DNA of 63,626 nucleotides, the filler included, from Nemertoderma westbladi (Eukaryota > Animalia > Xenacoelomorpha): assembly GCA_032718475.1 (NCBI GenBank). It is 4 parts of 4 records of this genome, joined end to end, with 100 filler letters (N's around TTAATTAATTAA, not from the genome) between each part and the next. Parts side by side here need not be neighbours in the genome. Positions count along the whole stretch, not along the records: positions 16,628 to 42,591 come from JAUCBJ010005352.1; 3 more parts are not named here. One strand, 5' to 3'. Within the stretch, counting starts at the first letter, position 1. Each line of letters begins with the position of its first letter. Positions 25,828-37,994 of the stretch are shown piece by piece. Made by a program: the position numbers and the translations under genes. Below the pieces are notes generated by a model. That model was not told where the DNA came from. It ran no database searches and saw nothing but the letters and a program-made list of their open reading frames with translations.

Positions 25828-26940
25828 GCTCCATGGTCCCACGACCTTTACGGAACCAATTCTGATTTCCATGGAGCAGTCTCTCAATGGGATCCCTGAT
25901 GCGATTTAATAGAATCCTATTGTATAGCTTTGCAGGAATCGAGATCAATGAGGTTCACCGAAAAGAACCATAGAGTGTTAGGTTGCCCTTCTTGGGAACT
26001 GGCACCAACGTACTTGTTTTCATTTCTTGTGGACTCTTGTCGTTCTGTACATGTCTACTATGATGGGATAAATGAGCTCCAAACACGCAGGTATTTTAAA
26101 GACTTTATTAATGCTCTTTGCAGCAGCCTTCACTTCAGCAAAGGAGATATTGCCAATGCTGCAATGGGAATATCTGGGAGTACAGACTCAGACCCTTATA
26201 CTTCTATAAAGTTATCGGCCAATACCCTGTCATTATTGAGGAGCTTTTCAAAGTGGGCCTTCCAACCATTGAGGGGATTGGCTGGTGATTCTGCCTTAAC
26301 CTTAGTTGTTTGTTTTTCTTTTCTGCCCAGTAAGCCTCATTGATGGCATCAACCTGATGGTTTATTAGCTCCTGTAGATTAACAGAGTACTGCCTGTTCA
26401 GGGACCTAGATGCAGCCTTAACTGCATTCTTGGCCGCTGTAGTCTGTTTGAGTCGGGACTCTTTTTGCGCCTTATAGAGGTCAATTCGGCACTTCTGAAT
26501 TTTGTGGTCAGTCCAGGGGGCCCTATTCCTGTTTCGAGGGTATACATAAAGTAACTGTTTCTGCAGCTGCTAACTGAACTGCTTCTGAAAAGGCAGTATA
26601 GCCCTCACAGTGACCTGCCGCCTCAGAGGCAAGAACCTCATACCTGTTGCTCAGCTGTAGTTTGAAGGTGGATCTCACACGTGGCTGTTGCAACAGAGAG
26701 GACCAGTCATGCCGCGGCAAGGCAGATTTCGTTGTTCTGCTATCACGCAGACCACAATAATACCTTGGCCACAATAAGGCGGCTCCTGTATTTCCTACGA
26801 AACAGAATAATGGTATATCTGGGACTTGTGACCACTGGGTCCAATATGAGACCCTAGCTTTCCAGTTCGCTTCTTCCCAGCCGAAAACAATCCATTTCCA
26901 GAGATGAAATCCAGAAGATGGACGGAATTTCGGTTAACAC
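25828..26940 (-). mobile_element. Diverged internal fragment of the RTE family (APE end, linker, RT start)
   Basis: LYNRILLNRIRDPIERLL and HDWSSLLQQP peptides shared with 57266-61027; many indels. Confidence 0.9.
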
Positions 26941-27630
26941 CGAAATAAACATACTATACATAACATAAATATACTACTGTACCCACACATGAAACTGGTA
27001 ACTCGTTTAACTACTTTAGCCATTTCACTATGTAGTTCTTGCGAACCCAGAACTATACAACTCGCATGAAGCTGGTAACTCATTTAGCTACATTTTAATC
27101 ATTTCACAATACAATGCAGATATGTGTCACATCTAGTCTATTTTAAAGCTTTCATGCCAAAACGAAAACAACCTATGATACCCTTGCCTCGAGTGAGTGG
27201 AGCCACGTCCACTGGAGCAATGTGAGTTCAAGACAATCAAGGCAAGGATTAAACAACTATGGCATGGTGAAAGGAAAGAAACACACGAATACAGAGATCA
27301 GTTACAGTAAGAATTAAGTTAACTACTAAATATATATTCTGTATACTCAAATGCGAACCTCTTTTCTTATCTTGACAATTATTATTATTATTATTCTTCT
27401 TCTATAAGTACATTATAACGTGGGCAAACACATATAAGTACAGCAATACCAAGTAAATAGCACAGGTACAGTAGAGCGTACATACAAAGTGATAATAGTG
27501 CATAATATATAAATTTAGCTACATTTAAATTTCACGTGAACGAAAGATAGGCACAATAATTACAGCAAGACTTAATATAAACCGCACAGAACGTAACAAA
27601 ACAGAAAAAGAAAAAAGAAAAAGAGAAAAA

Positions 27631-28722
27631 AGAAAGTATAACAAATAAGCTATAGTCCTTTATGTGGAAGAAATATATATAGAAAGTATAACAAATAAGC
27701 TATAGTCCTTTAAGTGGAAGAAATATATATAGAAAGTATAACAAATAAGCTATAGTCCTTTAAGTGGAAGAAATATATATAGAAAGTATAACAAATAAGC
27801 TATAGTCCTTTAAGTGGAAGAAATATATATAGAAAGTATAACAAATAAGCTATAGTCCTTTAAGTGGAAGAAATATATATAGAAAGTATAACAAATAAGC
27901 TATAGTCCTTTAAGTGGAAGAAATATATATAAAAAGTATAACAAATAAGCTATAGTCCTTTAAGTGGAAGAAATATATATAGAAAGTATAACAAATAAGC
28001 TATAGTCCTTTAAGTGGAAGAAATATATATAGAAAGTATAACAAATAAGCTATAGTCCTTTAAGTGGAAGAAATATATATAGAAAGTATAACAAATAAGC
28101 TATAGTCCTTTAAGTGGAAGAAATATATATAGAAAGTATAACAAATAAGCTATAGTCCTTTAAGTGGAAGAAATATATATAGAAAGTATAACAAATAAGC
28201 TATAGTCCTTTAAGTGGAAGAAATATATATAGAAAGTATAACAAATAAGCTATAGTCCTTTAAGTGGAAGAAATATATATAGAAAGTATAACAAATAAGC
28301 TATAGTCCTTTAAGTGGAAGAAATATATATAGAAAGTATAACAAATAAGCTATAGTCCTTTAAGTGGAAGAAATATATATAGAAAGTATAACAAATAAGC
28401 TATAGTCCTTTAAGTGGAAGAAATATATATAGAAAGTATAACAAATAAGCTATAGTCCTTTAAGTGGAAGAAATATATATAGAAAGTATAACAAATAAGC
28501 TATAGTCCTTTAAGTGGAAGAAATATATATAGAAAGTATAACAAATAAGCTATAGTCCTTTAAGTGGAAGAAATATATATAGAAAGTATAACAAATAAGC
28601 TATAGTCCTTTAAGTGGAAGAAATATATATAGAAAGTATAACAAATAAGCTATTGTCCTTTAAGTGGAAGAAATATATATAGAAACTATAACAAATAAGC
28701 TATAGTCCTTTAAGTGGAAGAA
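27631..28722. repeat. 50-bp tandem array, ~22 copies, inside the 3' region of the LINE
   Basis: Unit AGAAAGTATAACAAATAAGCTATAGTCCTTTAAGTGGAAGAAATATATAT, almost invariant. Confidence 0.98.
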
Positions 28723-28741
28723 CCGGCGGAGTGCGTACATA

Positions 28742-31714
28742 TTATAGTTTATTGTCTACAGTACGGGTGGACAACAAAGATAAATCCGACACCCCGCACT
28801 CATTACCAATCTGACGTAAATTACTTCCGCTAGTACTCCTACAATCAAATAGCATTAAGTTAGCTAGGAATCTAATACACATCCTATCAGCATTAAAAAT
28901 AGACCTACAATAACCAACAAAATTTTTGCATAAAATAACCCATGGATGTATAAATCCTACAATTTCTTGTACAATATACCTATGAGCATTATAAGGCAAC
29001 TGCCATATAATCCTAACGTTAATGTTCCAGCTAGTTAAGATTCTAGAACATTCATCGGACCATAAATTCCATGCATTGCTACCATAAAAACACATAGTGT
29101 ATAACTTTTGTAGATATGTTAGATTACCAGGGTGCGAGAAGCCAAACTCTTAGCCAATGTTATTGAGTTTCCCAATAAACTGGCCGCGTTTACGTAAAAT
29201 GTCCTTGGCTAAAGTGCATTTAAAGTCAAGTGTAATACCTAGGTGAACAGCTTCTCTTGCCCACGGGAGAAGAATTGTACCTACTCTAATCCTAGCACCG
29301 GGTGGACTCCACTTAAAATTAAATGGTATACACTTACATTTGCATTTATCCTGATCAACATTTGTACTTAATCGCAAGTTATATTTAGCACAAAAAATTT
29401 GACATAAATCGACCATATATTGCAATCCAACCACAGATGGGCACAATAACAGTACATCATCGGCGTATGCCAAAACACCAAAATAATAATTCCCTATAAA
29501 ACAACCTACTTTGGAGTCACGTAGAGATTCAATTAGAATATTTAACACCAGAGCAAACAATGTCGGCGAGCAAACAGAACCCTGTCTGACCCCATTAGAA
29601 ATTAAAAAATTAAAAGAGCTGCAATTCAACCATTTTACTGCACAAACTTGGTTTCTGTATATAAAAATGAGGCACCTTAAATATAAAACTGAAAAACCCT
29701 TTTTTAATAGTTCAAGGAACAGCTTTGGCCATTCAACAAGGTCGAACGCTTTTGTAAAATCTAACAAACAACCAAATACGGGCGATGAGTGTCTCATATA
29801 GTAATTGATTACTTCCGAAGCCGACCAGCTGCACATTACAGTACTAGAATTTGGACGGAACCCAAATTGTAAGTCATCAAAACAACTTATCGCCTTCACT
29901 TAATAATAATACCCATTCAAAAATTTTCAGAATCAAAGAAGATATTGCAATTGCACGGTAATTCTTATCCTCAGATATATCGCCTAATTTATTTTTAATG
30001 ATCGGAATAATAGAAACCAATAAAAGACACTTTGACACCAATCCATGCGAAAGAAAAGAGTTAAATAATATAGATAAATGATGTTCTAGAATATGGCCAC
30101 CATTAATTAAAGACCCTGAGTCAAAACTATAACTGACATCTGATTTGGCGTTTTTTAAACGCAACAATGCCTCATGTATTATACGAGGCGACAATACCTC
30201 TCGATAACCTGCACAATTTGTACCCGATACATTATTGTTACCAATTAGGTTTCTAATTCTACAATTTATATCATTTTCGATATCATCAACACTTGTGTCA
30301 CCGCTATAATTCTGATTGTACAATTCCTTGTAAATTTTGGCGAAGTTATTCGCAATGTCACTTGGGTTGTTAACACCGTTTATTGATTCGCTAAGTACCT
30401 GTTGGTTACCGCGAAATTTTTTGATTTCATCAAAAAGGTTATCATTTCCGTTTAAGCACGCCTGTAAAATTCTATCGCGTTTGATGATATCTTGAGATTT
30501 CTTCAACCTACGAACTGCAAAATGATATTGTGCACGAGAAGTGCGACGCATATGAAATAAATAACTACCTGCACCAGTAGGTTTACCTGCAGTGCTCCAC
30601 ATATCGTACCAAAACATCGAATTCGTTTTAAAATCTTTTACTTGTTCATTCCAACCAGGTATTATACCTTTATTACCTTGACGTTGATTTGTACCTTTCG
30701 TATTTGGCAGGCTAGACGCCGCATTATCAATTGCTTCTAAAATTTCCAAAACGTATTTTTCAATCATTAAACGATGTTCAGGCTTAGTACATAATAAATC
30801 ATTACACATATAGCACTGATTTTCCAATAAAATATCATTTAGGGATCTTTCCAACTCGGAATGAAAAATATTTTTTTGCTCGGTACTAGCTTTGCCATAG
30901 CAATGCTTAATGGGTGGTTGAACTGCGGTCCCAACTGCATTAATACTGTACTATCAATGTTAAACTTCAAATAAATGGGACTATGGTTGGAGAGATTTTC
31001 CCCTGAATGTATTACATCGGCCTCTATACAAGCACTTACAATAGAATGACTGGCTATAAAGTGATCGATAGTGGAGCGTTGAATTATATTATCAGACAAA
31101 AATTCGTAAGTATAGTCAATCGGAAATATATTCCATAAACAATGTAATAACATATCATCTAGAAATTCCTTCATATTACGCACATGTAATGAGTTTCGAA
31201 AAAAGTCTGCATTTAAATCACCAACCAATAGAATATTACTGCACTGAGACATCTGTATAATGTCTTTAATATCATTCAACAAAGTTAAATATTCGTCTGA
31301 GAGTGTAGCACTGTGCTGATTGTCTACCGGAAAATACGAATTAATTAATAACAGTTTCCTACCTGGCAAATTTAAAGAAATCGCCTGCAACCTTCTATTA
31401 TTAGTTTTTATTACAGATACATATTTAGTAATTGATTTCTTCCATAATATGCAAAGTCCACCGCTAGGTCTCCCGCGGGTGACTTCATCATTAATGTAAG
31501 TCGCTGGTACAACACTATTATCGCAGTTCGGAAATATTTTTTTAAATTTATAACAATTACCAGATAATAGAAAATGCTCCTGTAGGCACACAACATTAGA
31601 GCCCAATAATAGGGTATTTATAAAATCAACCTTAGCCAATCCCAAACCGGTTGGGTTATACGAGGCTACACAAAAAAGTTCAGTACTGTTAGGTAAGTTA
31701 CTTTGTGACGCCAT
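28742..31714 (-). pseudogene. LINE ORF2 (AP endonuclease + reverse transcriptase) split into four ORFs
   Basis: APE: VCLQEHF, LVGDLNAD, IDHFI, LSNHSPI; RT: QFGFRP, LDFTKAFD, GVRQGSVCSPTLF, LAYADDVLL. Confidence 0.92.
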
Positions 31715-31751
31715 TGTTATTTATTATTGTCCGTATATTAACCTGATGTAC

Positions 31752-32123
31752 TTATTGCATAGATTGTCCCATAGTGGAGTTGTTTCGAACCTGCCCGGAA
31801 CCACCCCGACCGAAACTTCCAGTCTGCCTGGGTCGGTAGTCCCACTCGCGTACATAAACTCCGGTAGGCCATGTGGACGCACTGAAAGCAACGTCCAACT
31901 GGTTGGTATTGACCGAAACCCGGAAGCTCGCTGCTCTCGAATCTTGAACCGATACTTTTTTAACACCTGAGATCGGAACTTTAACATTCTGTTTGGATAG
32001 ACACTTGACAATATCGGCTTCTGTTGTCATTGGATGACACCGAAACACGAACATCTCCGTTGGGGCCGCACACAACCCACCCTCGGTTTCTCCCTCAGTC
32101 TTTTCGTTTGAACCGACAACCAT
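31752..32123 (-). pseudogene. LINE ORF1 C-terminal RRM-like region
   Basis: MFVFRCHPMTTEADI...ASFRVSV...WPTGVYVREW pattern typical of CR1/L2-group ORF1; lies directly upstream of ORF2. Confidence 0.75.
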
Positions 32124-33036
32124 ACGGCCACGATTTCGATTATTTAATGTAAAGTTGCTGACATTAACTGTATAATGAATGGCTCGGGTTACAGTAATGA
32201 TGGACTATACGTAATATAATAAGAGGTATATACTATACAATAGGAAGACTACCACGGACATTCGACAATAAAGGTTTTCTTCGTGGTAACTAATCCCATC
32301 CATTATCAGTAGTAGAAGTATTAAGGATTCACAATTTCATGTTGGCTCTACTGTATCTCATCACTAATTGAATAGCTTATCCATTGAATATGTACTGCAA
32401 GAGCTTTAAACACGCACTCATTATTGTATTGAGTGGAACATTTATGAATACTAATTAATTATGTATAGTTCAGTAAATAACTTGTAAGTAAAAGTAAGTA
32501 ACGTCCACTTCATTTTGCAGTATCGCCTTTGGTTATACTGATAGAAACACTTATATAAGTTTGACAACTTTTTTTATAATACAAACAAAAAATTCTAACT
32601 TTTATATCAATAATAGATAGAATCGGAAGTCCGAATGAGACAAAGGTCCGAAAGTAGCCATCATGAGCTCAATTTGTTCGGAGCTTCGTCCTGTTTGGGC
32701 CTTTGTCCCATTCGGAGCTTCGTCCTGAGTGTGTGTGTGGCCTTCAGCTACGGTAAATAACTGCACAACATGATAGAGGATAAGGGGGGGGGGGGGGGGG
32801 CAAAAGGAAACAAATCTTAGTTGTTTAGGTCCATGAGGAAGGACCGAATGACCAGGACGAAGGTCCGAAATTACCTAGAAATCTTTCTCACAAAGGCATG
32901 TGAATTGTAACCCATGTAAAATGATTTATAAACTTATCTTATTTTACAAGGTTTATTAGCGTCATATATAACATGATCTATATAAAATAAAGAAACAATT
33001 TATTTTAAATCGCTTTTATAATCTAAAGTGGAAAGT

Positions 33037-33460
33037 CTACTTTTATAAGGGTGTGAGACATGGACATTGAAGAAATCACTTGAACAACGAATTGTTGGTT
33101 GCTACACTAGACCACTAAGGGCAGCCTTAAACATCAGATGAGGACACGACACCACACGACAAACACCGAGCTTTATGGTACAATACAGTACCACCTGTAT
33201 CAACCACCCTCAGTGAACGCAGATTAAGATTCAGTGGGCGCACTGCTGAAGGAGTAAAGATAAGGTCATACCAGATCTACTTTTCTGGCAACCAACACAT
33301 GGAAAGCGTAGTCGTGGACGACCGGCCATAACATATTTAGATCAACTTGAAAGGGATACTGAACTTGTGAGAAACGAAATTGCGACAACTATGGAGAATC
33401 GGGAAGCCTGGAAGGATCTCATGTCCACTGTCCGAGTTCGCTCGACCTAGTAGTAGTAGT
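33037..33460 (+). mobile_element. 3' end of a second RTE-clade family, degenerate
   Basis: Broken reading GCETWTL..RRLRFSG..WQPTHGKRSRGRP..YLDQLERDT; ends in TAGTAGTAGTAGT. Confidence 0.8.
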
Positions 33461-34302
33461 CGTAATGAAATAAACAGATACAGATTGGTCACAGATAAAG
33501 GCCATTCTTACCAAAACAAAAAACAATGTTAACATAGTGCAGTATGTAATTTCAGTCCCATTGTCACATTAATCTCGTTTTCTCCTCAATGCGATGGAAT
33601 TTATTCCTGTCGTATTGAATCCCACAATCGTAAGAACAAAAGTGTCAAATGGCCATACCGAATTCTAGAATGTCGGTTCAATAAGAAACATACTAATGTA
33701 TGTTTCTTATTATTAAAGTGATCGTATGTAATTCTGGATGACACCCGAAGTTCACCCTCTTTGGGGCCAGTTTGGGAACAGACAACAACCCATCGGCTAT
33801 ACAGTAGCTTTGTCTCCCGGCCCCACAACAATGCACTTGCGATATCCACCCCATTGGAGAGATGGATCTGTTTCAAGGGTTCGTGTACCTGTTCGTCAAT
33901 CCAGTATTCTTCGGCGAAGCGACCTCCTCAACTATGTACATTTCATTGAATGCAGATACAGCAGCTTGATTAACTATATGGACACTAGGGTGGTGTGTTT
34001 TTTACTTTTTTTCGATTTCATTGTTCTACCGGTGCACAAAAGTTGCCAAATGGTAGAAAATAAGGCAAAAAAAAATTCTTTAAATTTCGTCTATGTCTTC
34101 ACGGATCCCAAGAGGGTTGAAATTTTGTGCCATCGCGATGCACCATAATGAAATTTATAACAATATAACACATTGATGAAAGATCAATGACTCAAAAAAG
34201 AACTTCCTGCATGCATCAAATGTCATCAAATGGGTCCAAAATTAGTTAGATACCAAAATTTTAATTTTTGGATCAAGGGAAGTTGTGCCACAGGCACATG
34301 AC

Positions 34303-35084
34303 CAGAACCTACTCTTTGGCGCAAGTGATGATTATTCTCAATTTTGGTGATGGACAACTTTTAGTTCTCCTACGGCATTATTATTATGCTCATTAGAACC
34401 GCAATGACCGATTTAGTGGGGGTAGACACCATCAAAACAAGCATAGAGCAAATAGTTCTTGAGATATTACAGAAAATGTTAAGTACGGCACATGTCAACA
34501 TTACTGCCTTGATGATTTATAGACAAATACACAAAAAATGTTACTTCTAATTATCTTAAGGCATCAAAAAATATACACATCACTGCAACAAATTGATTTA
34601 GTGTATACAGAGACCTTCAAAATTAAAGAGTAGTACATAATTTACTATAGTTTTTGTACAAAATGTGTGGAATGGGTCAACTCAATATCAAGTAGTAGTA
34701 ATTGGTGGACATATGTAGTCTTGACATTTTGTAAAATAACTCAAGAACTAATGACTCTACTCTTATTTTGAAGGTGTCTTCACCCACTATATCGATCATT
34801 TCTGTGATGTGTCTATTTTTTGATTCCTTGAGATAATTCAAAATATCATTTATTGTGTATTTGTCCATATCACATCAAGGCGGTAATGTAGACTTGTGCC
34901 GTACTTCACATTTTCTGCGATATCTCAAGAACAATTCGCTCTACGTTTGTTTTGAAGGTGTCTACCCCCACTAAATCGGCCATTGCGGTTCTAATGAGCA
35001 TAATATGAATGCAGTAGGAGAACTCAAAGTTGTCCATCACCAAAATTGAGAATAATCATCACTTGCGCCAAATGGAAGGTTCTG
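34303..35084. repeat. Long inverted repeat: ~210-bp arms (34303-34514, 34873-35084) with ~360-bp spacer; probable foldback/MITE core
   Basis: TTTGGCGCAAGTGATGATTATTCTCAATTTTGGTGATGGACAAC... pairs with ...GTTGTCCATCACCAAAATTGAGAATAATCATCACTTGCGCCAAA, with scattered mismatches along the arms. Confidence 0.9.
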
Positions 35085-35877
35085 AATCAAAGGCCTTGAA
35101 GAAGTCAACAAAGATAACAGCCAGATGCCTGTCTTTCTTTTTTGATAACTCTTCAATTATCCTTCCAAGTGCCAAAATGGGCTCCATGGTGCCACGACCT
35201 TTACGGAACCCATTCTGATTTCCACGGAGCAGTCTCTCAATGGGATCCCTGATGCGATTTAATAGAATTCTATTGTATAGCTTTGCAGCAATCGAGATCA
35301 ATGAGATTCCCCGAAAAGAACCTTAGAGTGTTAGGTTGCCCTTCTTGGGAACTGGCACCAACTTATTTGTTTTCATTTCTTGTGGGACTCTTGTTGTTCG
35401 GTACATGTTTACTATGATGGGATAGATGAGCTTTAAACACTCAAGTATTTTAAAGACCTCAGGGGGAACACCATCTACTCCACTGGCACGATTGGTCTTA
35501 ATGCTCTTTGCAGCAGCCTTCACTTCTGCAAAGGAGATATCACCAATGGGAATATCTGGGAGTACAGACTCAGACACTTTTACTTCTATAAAGTTATCAG
35601 GCAATACCCTGTCATTATTGAGGAGCTTTTCAAAGTGGGCCTTCCAACCATTGAGGCGATCGGCTGGTGATTCAGCCTTAACCTTGGTGGTTGGTTGGCT
35701 TTTTCGACCAGCAAGCAAGTTGATCGATCTCCATGCCTGGGATGATTGCCTGCTGTCGTCAGCATCATTGATGGCATCAACCTGTTGGTTTATTAGCTCC
35801 TGTAAATTAACAGAGTACTGCCTATTCGGGGACCTAGATACAGCCTTAACTGCATCCTTGGCCGCTGTAGTCTGTCT
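35082..35877 (-). mobile_element. Internal fragment of the young RTE family (linker + RT N-terminus)
   Basis: Near-identical to ~48958-49750; RASGVDGVPPEV, LVPVPKKGNL, NQNGFRKGR, VDFFKAFDS. Confidence 0.93.
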
Positions 35878-37994
35878 GTAGAACCGTTGTTAGGCAACAA
35901 TATAAACAACCTTATGAGCTATTCAATACGTTCAAAGTACAAATATTATATGCACTGAAACCGAATAATAACGCGATGAAAATATAAGATTTCTGTATGC
36001 AGTTAGCATTGGCAGCAAAAATTGCTAACAATATTAAAAATACGAACAAAGAAAAATTATTTCAACATTAATAAAAATATAAAAACAGAAGAATGCAGAA
36101 ATATTGCTAACATTATTAAAAATACGAACAAAGAAGAATTATTTCAACATTAATAAAAATATATGTATAAGTGGGAGTAATAGGAGTAATTATGTACACT
36201 GGAAGATTATAAAACCTGGTTTGTCGTAGAAGGTAATATCTAAGTCTCCTAATATCTCGAGAACCAGAGAAGCTATTGTAAAACGGTTTTAATTATCGAA
36301 ATCAGCGAATAATTTTGATTTAGAATAAATTAAAAACAATTGTCAATTTTTTGAACCTGGAACGATACGATACGAATAAAATAGGACCAGTAAACTAATA
36401 ATTGCTAGGATATAAATTAAATAACAAAGAGGTACATGATTGCATACCCGTAGTTTAAGAAAATAGGCCTACTGTATTACTCCAGTTCCTTGAAATAAAA
36501 GTTACAAGCCATGGTGATAATTAATTATGAGTATTATGACTCTTATGAGCGAGAAAAAAGATTAAAAAGGTCTTTAAATAATAAAAAAACGGCGTGCGTT
36601 AATTTTGAGGGATAAGTTATAGGGATAGTTTGTTAGACTTGCGAATTGAATGGTTGGTGCGCGAAAAATTTGTTGGGCAAGAAATAATTGAATAAGGTCA
36701 AGAAGTTGCCCTGAATCGAGTGGCGAATGGAGGGTTTAAGAAAGCGCGGTAGGCCAATATTAAAAATCGGCTGTGATTGCGGGATGGCTGCTACATATTT
36801 GACGTCATTACGCAGTGATCTTGATTCCATCGGATTCAGGACCCTCATAAACCCGTATAACGCAAGAAACTAAAATAAACATAAAATTGATATAAGCCTA
36901 TTTGATGGTTTGCAAAATTTGGTGCCAGCACCAAAATTCGCACCCACTTCCGAAATGTCTAGGTAAATAATTATTTATTCCATTGAATTCAGAACCGCCA
37001 TAAACCTCTAAAACGCGAAAAATAAGTTGTCACAAGCACTTGAACTATTAGTTGCACCAAATGTAAAATAAATTGTGCACCAAATAGTGCACATAGCAAC
37101 GACAAATACAAGTTTAATACGCTGGTGCAACTCGTATATATTCCATCGAAACCAGAACCCCAAAAATCCCCTACTGCGCAAAAAACAGGTTCAAACAATC
37201 AATTTACAAAATTGATCTATTTCAAAATTTGGTGCTGGCACCAAAATTTCGTACCCGCCGAAAAAAACAAACTTCTTTTTCTAAATTAATTTACATGAAT
37301 TCCATCTAATTGCAAACACCAAAGAACCGGTGTAATTCAAAAATAGAGATGATACAAATCGCATCTTCATGAAATGTATTTTTTAAAAAACGTTTAAAAA
37401 AAAAGTGCCAATAGTCGGGTTAAAAAATGGCGCTACAGAGTATAACTCTAAAACTTCCCAATATTTTTGAAAACTATTTTCAATATTAGGAAGACTATTT
37501 TCAATATTAGATTTTTAGGAAAAGTAATAAAATTTCCGATTCCCAAAATTTCAGAGTTATAACAAAAAAAACCAAGGGTTGTCATATTGAACACCCCCGG
37601 GTTTAATAGAGTTAAGGGTGGGGGGGGGGGGGGGGGTAGGCCAACACCATTTTGGTCCAAAATAATGTCGAAATTTTTTTATGATCTATTATAATGCACG
37701 CTCGCTCAAATGGTGTTTCCAAATCTGAAAACCGCTTTTTAATAGCTCTTTTAGTTTTCCAGTTATAATTAATTTCCATATGGGGAGACCTATTGAAATT
37801 ACTATTATTATGTATAATGAAAGGTCTATTATCTCCAAATATTTTTTTTATGAAATTGTCAACTTCAAAACCCTACTTCTACGTACAATTTTTGAGCAAT
37901 TAGTTTCTTGAAATTAGTTTAAAATTTCTGTGGGTGTCTACATAAGCCAGCCTGGAAAAAAGAATCAGACAACGTTTTGAATATTTTTGTTAAT

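Larger units (their letters stand above)
27378..32160 (-). mobile_element. Near-complete, 5'-truncated two-ORF LINE (APE+RT; RTEX/L2-CR1-like), frameshifted
   Basis: ORF1 tail, APE, linker and RT in order on the minus strand; (AAT)n-type tail at ~27378-27396. Confidence 0.88.

Noticed and set aside
36021-36163. Two-copy ~60-bp direct duplication (similar small duplications at ~26985-27110 and ~51905-51990)
   Set aside because: Ordinary local slippage duplications with no further structure
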